64,000 bases of DNA from Candidatus Dormiibacterota bacterium (GTDB taxonomy: Bacteria > Chloroflexota > Dormibacteria > Aeolococcales > Bog-877). Made by a program: the position numbers and the translations under genes. The stretch is taken from positions 26,598 to 90,597 of the forward strand of contig DATLRH010000024.1 in the NCBI GenBank assembly GCA_035534755.1, written 5' to 3'. How positions within the stretch are numbered: position 1 is the stretch's first letter; each line of letters begins with the position of its first letter. The notes below the pieces were generated by a model that was not told where the DNA came from, did not search any database, and worked only from the letters and a program-made list of their open reading frames with translations. Positions 59,072 to 64,000 of the stretch are shown here, piece after piece.

Positions 59072-59704
59072 TTATCTGGAGTAGAACTCGACGATGAGCT
59101 GCTCGTCGATGCTGGTGTCCATCTCGGGGCGTTCCGGCAACCGGGTAACGTCCACCCTGCGCTCGTCGGGATAGAGGGTCATCCAAGCGGGCAGACCGTG
59201 ACCGCCGCGCGACTCCAGCGAGCGAACGATGGGTTCCAGATCGCGGCTGCGATCGCGCACCGTGATCACCTGGCCTGACTTCACCTGGAAGGCAGGAATG
59301 TTGACGGTGCGGCCGTCCACTTTGAAGTGCCGGTGGGAGACCAGCTGGCGGGCCTCCCGCCGCGACGACGCGAAACCGGCCCGGTAGACGACGTTGTCTA
59401 GACGTTGCTCCAGCATCTGCAGGAGGACGGTGCCGGTGACCCCCTTGCGAGCCGCCGCAGCGTCGAAGTAGTTGTGAAACTGGGTCTCCAGGACCCCGAA
59501 GACGCGGCGGCCGCGCTGCTTCGCCCTCAGCTGGATGCCGTACTCGCTGATTCGCCGTCGCCGTGAGAGACCATGCTGGCCGGGTGGGGTTGCGTTGCGC
59601 TTGGTGAAGGTGCAGCGTTCGCCCAAGCACTTGTCGCCCTTGAGGAACAGCTTGACTCCCTCGCGCCGACAGAGCCGGCACACCGGAGGATGCGGATTGG
59701 CCAT
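59072..59704 (-). CDS. rpsD: 30S ribosomal protein S4 (Cys4 zinc-ribbon type)
   Basis: N-terminal CRLCRREG...KCLGERC and an S4 RNA-binding domain. Confidence 0.97.
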   Translation of the reverse strand: MANPHPPVCRLCRREGVKLFLKGDKCLGERCTFTKRNATPPGQHGLSRRRRISEYGIQLRAKQRGRRVFGVLETQFHNYFDAAAARKGVTGTVLLQMLEQRLDNVVYRAGFASSRREARQLVSHRHFKVDGRTVNIPAFQVKSGQVITVRDRSRDLEPIVRSLESRGGHGLPAWMTLYPDERRVDVTRLPERPEMDTSIDEQLIVEFYSR

Positions 59705-59716
59705 CAGGCTACCTCC

Positions 59717-60112
59717 TCAGACCCGGCGCCGCTTGGGGGGGCGGCATCCGTTGTGGGGGACCGGGGTGACATCGGTGATCGAGGTCACCTCCAGTCCGGC
59801 CGCCTGAAGCGACCTGATCGCCGCCTCGCGGCCCGCGCCCGGCCCCTTGACAAGCACCTCGACCGACTTGAGGCCGTGTTCCATCGCCCGCTTGGCCGCC
59901 GCCTCGGCGGTCACCTGTGCCGCGAAAGGGGTGCTCTTGCGCGAGCCCTTGTATCCCGAGGAGCCAGCGCTGCCCCAGGCGATCACGTTCCCGGCCGGAT
60001 CGGTGAGGGTCACGATGGTGTTGTTGAAGGTGCTGAACACGTGGGCGCGACCGACCGCGATGTTCTTGCGCTCCCGGCGCCGGGTCCGCACCACCTTCTT
60101 CTTCTTCGCCAC
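59717..60112 (-). CDS. rpsK: 30S ribosomal protein S11
   Basis: [18 protein letters not shown]...[14 protein letters not shown]. Confidence 0.97.
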   Translation of the reverse strand: MAKKKKVVRTRRRERKNIAVGRAHVFSTFNNTIVTLTDPAGNVIAWGSAGSSGYKGSRKSTPFAAQVTAEAAAKRAMEHGLKSVEVLVKGPGAGREAAIRSLQAAGLEVTSITDVTPVPHNGCRPPKRRRV

Positions 60113-60160
60113 CTCAGCTCCTCGTCAGCACAGATGCCGCTGCTCGCGGCCGGCTCGGCG

Positions 60161-60544
60161 TCACTTGCCCTTCTTCCGGCGCACGCCCACGGTCTTGCGC
60201 GGACCCCGCCGGGACCGGGCGTTGGTGCGCGTCCGTTGGCCCCGCACGGGGAGCCCGCGCCGATGGCGCAACCCGCGATAGGTGCCGATCTCCATCAGTC
60301 GCTTGATGTTGAGTGCCACCTGGCGGCGGAGGTCCCCTTCGACCCTTCCGGGCAGCTCCTTGGAGATCACGTCGCGTAGCCGGACCACCTGGGTCTCGCT
60401 GAGATCGTCGGTCTTGGTGTCCTGATCGATCTGGGCGATCCGGAGCAGCTTGTGGCTGGTGGTGAGGCCAATCCCGTAGACATAGGTAAGCCCGATCTCG
60501 ATCCGCTTGCCGCGGGGGAGGTCGACGCCAGCGATGCGAGCCAT
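60161..60544 (-). CDS. rpsM: 30S ribosomal protein S13
   Basis: [26 protein letters not shown]... Confidence 0.97.
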   Translation of the reverse strand: MARIAGVDLPRGKRIEIGLTYVYGIGLTTSHKLLRIAQIDQDTKTDDLSETQVVRLRDVISKELPGRVEGDLRRQVALNIKRLMEIGTYRGLRHRRGLPVRGQRTRTNARSRRGPRKTVGVRRKKGK

Positions 60545-60557
60545 CAGCCCTCCAGCC

Positions 60558-60671
60558 TCATCCTTGCCGCTGCTTGTGCTTGGGGTTCTCGCAGATGACC
60601 CGGACCGTGCCCGAGCGACGAATCACCTTGCACTTGTCGCAGATCCTCTTCACCGAGGCCCGGACCTTCAT
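60558..60671 (-). CDS. rpmJ: 50S ribosomal protein L36 (zinc-binding C3H type)
   Basis: Absent from the ORF track because it is under 60 aa. Hand translation gives [37 protein letters not shown] then stop. GGAG lies 7 nt upstream, and the gene sits in the conserved position between infA and rpsM. Confidence 0.95.
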   Translation of the reverse strand: MKVRASVKRICDKCKVIRRSGTVRVICENPKHKQRQG

Positions 60672-60694
60672 CTGACACTCCGCTGCACTGCTGC

Positions 60695-60919
60695 TCAGAC
60701 CAGGCGAGCCAAGATCCGACCCCGCCCCGGATCCGTGGTCGACAACTCGACCAGAACCCGATCTCCGGGTAGGAGTCGCACGCTCGCCAGGCGCGCCCGT
60801 CCCGCCGCGTGGGCCACCACCTTTCCCCCTCCCTCCAACTCCACCCGGAAGAGCGAGTTCGGCAAGGGCTCAAGGACTCGACCCCGGAGACCGCCGGGGT
60901 CGTTCATGGTGGCGGGCAC
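60695..60919 (-). CDS. infA: Translation initiation factor IF-1
   Basis: S1-like OB fold: [28 protein letters not shown]...[12 protein letters not shown]. The start is ambiguous between GTG 60919 and ATG 60907. Confidence 0.9.
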   Translation of the reverse strand: MPATMNDPGGLRGRVLEPLPNSLFRVELEGGGKVVAHAAGRARLASVRLLPGDRVLVELSTTDPGRGRILARLV

Positions 60920-60983
60920 ACGAAAGCCGAGCGAGCTTCGCCCGCGGCAAAGTATAGCCGATCTCGCCGGGGGATGGCGCCGA

Positions 60984-61742
60984 TCAGACCGCCTCGGGAA
61001 GTCGGGTCAAAACCTCGACGCCGTCCTGGCCGATCGCCACCGTGTGTTCGAAGTAGCAGGATCGCCGCTGGTCTCGGGTGATCACGGTCCAGCCGTCTGG
61101 CTCGATCAAGGTGCCCGGGTCGCCCTCGTTGACGATCGGCTCGATCGCCAGGCAGAGGCCGGGGCGGATCTCGATCCCCTTGCCCGGAGATCCATGATTC
61201 GGGACCTCGGGCGCCTCGTGCATGTCGCGCCCGATCCCATGCCCGGTGTAGCCCCGGACGATCGAGAACCCGCTCTGCTCAACATGGCTCTGCACGGCGT
61301 GCCCGATATCCCCCAGATGATTGCCGGGGATCGCGGCGGCGATACCCAGATCTAGCGCCTCCCGGGTGACCCGGATCAGACGGGCGGCCTCATCGTCCAC
61401 CTCCCCGCAGGCGACGGTGAGCCCGGCGTCGGCCCACCACCCTTGGTAGACCAGTCCGCAGTCGAGACTGACTATGTCGCCATCGACGATCTCACGGCCG
61501 TCGGGGATACCGTGCACCACCTGGTCGTTGACGGAGATGCACAGGTGCTTGGGAAACCCCTCGTAGCCGAGAAAGCCCGGGAAGCTGTCCCGGCGGCGAA
61601 TCTCCCGGTTGGCGGCCCGGTCCAAGGCGCTCGTGGTCACCCCGGGCGCGACCATCCCGGCCAGGTGGTCGAGCACCTCAGCCAGGCGCCTCCCCGCCTG
61701 TCGCATCAACTCGACCTCGTCCTGGCGCTTGAGGGTGATCAC
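60984..61742 (-). CDS. map: Type I methionine aminopeptidase
   Basis: Canonical M24A ligand set: [28 protein letters not shown] and FEHTV. Confidence 0.95.
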   Translation of the reverse strand: MITLKRQDEVELMRQAGRRLAEVLDHLAGMVAPGVTTSALDRAANREIRRRDSFPGFLGYEGFPKHLCISVNDQVVHGIPDGREIVDGDIVSLDCGLVYQGWWADAGLTVACGEVDDEAARLIRVTREALDLGIAAAIPGNHLGDIGHAVQSHVEQSGFSIVRGYTGHGIGRDMHEAPEVPNHGSPGKGIEIRPGLCLAIEPIVNEGDPGTLIEPDGWTVITRDQRRSCYFEHTVAIGQDGVEVLTRLPEAV

Positions 61743-62317
61743 CCGATCGCCCTCAGCAGTTCGTCGCCGACCTGCCCGACCGGCCGCGCGCCGTCCACCC
61801 GGCGCACCGGGACAGAGAGCGCGAGGTGCTCCAGCACCGGCTCGGTCTGATTGTGGTAGATGCGCAACCGTTCCGCGATCACATCCGGGGTGTCGTCGCT
61901 GCGATTCTCCAACTTGGCCCGCCGGGCGAGCCTGGATATCAGCTGCTCAGTGGGCACCTCCAGCACCAGGGCCAGCTCCAGCGGCCGGTCAACGTTCGCC
62001 AGCATCTCCTGCAGGGATCTGGCCTGGGCGACAGTGCGCGGGAAGCCGTCCAGGACGAAGCCAGAGTCGGCCGGCGGATCGCCCAACCGGTGCCGGATCA
62101 TCGCGACGATCACCTCGTCGGGCACCAGCTTGCCGGCGTCCAGATAGGCGGCCAGGGTCTGCCCCAGCTCGCTTCCGGAGTGGCGCTCCTCGCGGAGCAT
62201 CTCCCCAGTAGCGATGTGCTCCACCCCGAGCTCCCTCTCGAGAAAGGCCGCTTGGGTACCCTTGCCCGAGCCGGCCGGCCCGAACAGGGCCAGATTGTGA
62301 CGGGCTGCATCAGCCAC
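61739..62317 (-). CDS. adk: Adenylate kinase (short-lid type)
   Basis: P-loop GPAGSGKGTQA, GFVLDGFPRT and a short LID without Cys4. Confidence 0.95.
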   Translation of the reverse strand: MADAARHNLALFGPAGSGKGTQAAFLERELGVEHIATGEMLREERHSGSELGQTLAAYLDAGKLVPDEVIVAMIRHRLGDPPADSGFVLDGFPRTVAQARSLQEMLANVDRPLELALVLEVPTEQLISRLARRAKLENRSDDTPDVIAERLRIYHNQTEPVLEHLALSVPVRRVDGARPVGQVGDELLRAIG

Positions 62318-62333
62318 CTTGTCCCCCCTCCCC

Positions 62334-63689
62334 TCAGTGGATGAATCCTCGATACTGGCGCATCAGGAGTTGCGTCTCCAGCTGCTTCATTGTGTCCAAG
62401 GACACCCCCACCACGATGAGCACGGCAGTGCCGCCCAGGTAGAGCCCCTGGTTGGGTTGCTGGCCGGTCAAAAGCGCAGTCAAGATTGGCAGCACGACCG
62501 TGATCAGGCCTAGAAAGATCGCTCCTGCCAGGGTTATCCGGCTCATCACCCGGGCCAGATACTGGGCCGTGGCTCGACCCGGCCGGATTCCGGGGATGAA
62601 GGTGGCGCTCTTCTTCAGGTTGTCAGCGGCATCCTCGGGATCGAAGGTGACTGCGGTGTAGAAGAAGGTGAAGCCCATGATCAGCCCGAAGTAGATGAAT
62701 TCGTAGCCGATGTCGACCCAGAGAATCGGGCCGAAGGGATTCCAGTTGGTGTGCACCCAGGTGGCCAGGCCCCCGATCACCCCTCCCCCATGGCCGCTGG
62801 CAGGCGCGAAGAAGTTCCCGAATATGGTCGGGAAGAACATGATCGAGATGGCGAAGATGATCGGAATCACCCCCGCCTGGTTCACCCGCAGGGGCAGAAA
62901 GCTGCTTCGACCCTGGTAGACCTGGCGGCCGACCACCCGCTGGGCCGACTGGATGGGGATCTTACGGGTCGCCTGCTGGACAAAGATGATCCCGGCGGCG
63001 ACCACGATTCCAATCACGGCGAACATGAACACGGTGAAGGTCTGGGCCGAGCCGCCGTTGGTGAAGGCCAGCACGCTGCCCGGGATCTGACCCAGGATGC
63101 CGGCCATGATGATGATCGATACGCCATTGCCGAGCCCGTACTCGGTGATCAGCTCCCCGAACCACATGATCACGATCGTCCCCGCTGTGAGAATGATCAC
63201 GATCTCCAGGATGGTCGGCCAGGAGGTGGTCGGCGAGAGGATGGTCTGGCCCTGGTAGTTGAAGCTCTCGAACAACCGGGTGTAGCCGAACCCCTGAACC
63301 AGGGCCAGCCCGACGGTCAGGTAGCGGGCGTACTGGGTGAGCCGGCGGCGGCCCAGATCACCCTCTTTGGACAGCTCCTTGACCCGAGTGGAGATGACCG
63401 TCATCAGCTGCATGATGATGGTGGCGTTGATGTAGGGGTTCAGGCCCAGGGCCACGATCGAAATGCCTGCGTTCGAACCGGCCGTGGAGAATCCGCTGCC
63501 TGAGAACAGGTTGATCAATCCCAGCAGACCGTTGGTGCTGAAGAGATCGCGCAGGGCGGCGCTGTTGACCCCGGGGATGGTGATCGTGGCCAGAGCCCGG
63601 AAGACCACGATCAGCCCGATCGTGATCAGCAGCTTGCGCCGAAGCTCGGGGACCTGCATGGCGGCGCGAAGCGCCCCGAACAGGCTCAT
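62334..63689 (-). CDS. secY: Preprotein translocase subunit SecY
   Basis: Ten-TM protein with typical SecY N- and C-terminal sequences. The ATG overlaps the rplO stop as ATGA. Confidence 0.97.
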   Translation of the reverse strand: MSLFGALRAAMQVPELRRKLLITIGLIVVFRALATITIPGVNSAALRDLFSTNGLLGLINLFSGSGFSTAGSNAGISIVALGLNPYINATIIMQLMTVISTRVKELSKEGDLGRRRLTQYARYLTVGLALVQGFGYTRLFESFNYQGQTILSPTTSWPTILEIVIILTAGTIVIMWFGELITEYGLGNGVSIIIMAGILGQIPGSVLAFTNGGSAQTFTVFMFAVIGIVVAAGIIFVQQATRKIPIQSAQRVVGRQVYQGRSSFLPLRVNQAGVIPIIFAISIMFFPTIFGNFFAPASGHGGGVIGGLATWVHTNWNPFGPILWVDIGYEFIYFGLIMGFTFFYTAVTFDPEDAADNLKKSATFIPGIRPGRATAQYLARVMSRITLAGAIFLGLITVVLPILTALLTGQQPNQGLYLGGTAVLIVVGVSLDTMKQLETQLLMRQYRGFIH

Positions 63690-64000
63690 GTCGAGCTTTC
63701 CTGCCCTCCGGCCTGCGACTCATCGGTGCCCGGCTGCGGATCCCCTACCGGCTCTTCGGCGCTCGCCAGCTTGGCCCGACTCGCCGCGCGCCTCCGCTGG
63801 GAGGGCGTCGACTTCTCGCCTTCCTCTGGTTTCGGCTTGGGTTCGTCCAGCAGTTCGACCGCGCCACCCGCCTTGGTGACCGCGTCCATCGCCGCTCGAG
63901 AGGCGCGGTTGACCCGGATCGTCAGCGCCGGAGGTGCCCCTCCGCCGGCGAGCAGCTTGATCGGCAGATGCGAGCGCCCCACCAGTCCAGCCTTGACCAG
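63686..64000 (-). CDS. rplO: 50S ribosomal protein L15 (5' end beyond window), with low-complexity C-terminal extension
   Basis: The frame is open to the window edge (…LVKAGLVGRSHLPIKLLAGG…AAMDAVTKAGGAVELL). This is followed by about 50 aa rich in Pro/Lys/Glu/Ser. Confidence 0.88.
   Translation of the reverse strand: MVKAGLVGRSHLPIKLLAGGGAPPALTIRVNRASRAAMDAVTKAGGAVELLDEPKPKPEEGEKSTPSQRRRAASRAKLASAEEPVGDPQPGTDESQAGGQESST

Overview
GC-rich bacterial chromosomal segment. Third codon positions are almost uniformly G/C, so the six-frame track contains many long spurious off-frame and antisense ORFs. The content is overwhelmingly core housekeeping. I support 62 protein-coding genes, one of which (rpmJ, 37 aa) is absent from the ORF track. 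I also support one tRNA-Leu(CAA), a perfect CIRCE operator plus promoter in front of groES-groEL, and a few hairpin and promoter candidates.

Layout:
- 1-6 kb: ABC-F ATPase (5' partial), GT4 glycosyltransferase, fpg, polA.
- 6-14.3 kb: LacI regulator, alpha/beta hydrolase, beta-hydroxyacid dehydrogenase, and a 5-gene Liv-type ABC importer.
- 14.3-19.7 kb: GntR regulator, E1alpha, E1beta, an M24-fold hydrolase and E2 in one operon.
- 19.9-26 kb: small mixed region with a bifunctional nuclease, tRNA-Leu, a GrdB-like protein, a polysaccharide deacetylase, a class III aminotransferase and YggT.
- 26-42.2 kb (minus strand): dnaE, an rRNA methyltransferase, gatCAB, ligA, pcrA, a C-N hydrolase, groEL and groES.
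- 43.4-64 kb (minus strand): one uninterrupted array, rplO-secY-adk-map-infA-rpmJ-rpsM-rpsK-rpsD-rpoA-rplQ-truA-rplM-rpsI-argF-cdaA-cdaR-glmS-acpS/nnrD-alr-thiES-thiG-thiL-tsaE-tsaB-rimI-tsaD. This is a compacted version of the actinobacterial gene order, with Firmicutes-like cdaA-cdaR inserted.

I saw no rRNA, CRISPR array, transposase, integrase, phage gene or recognisable defence system, and I do not see a clear novel multi-gene system. The most unusual items are:
- the 2-oxoacid-dehydrogenase-like operon with an embedded M24-fold hydrolase;
- two domain fusions, ThiE-ThiS with a capped Gly-Gly terminus and AcpS-NnrD;
- cdaA-cdaR abutting glmS without glmM or a ribozyme;
- an orphan convergent ORF between gatC and ligA.

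All functional calls come from motif and sequence recognition by eye. No searches were run.
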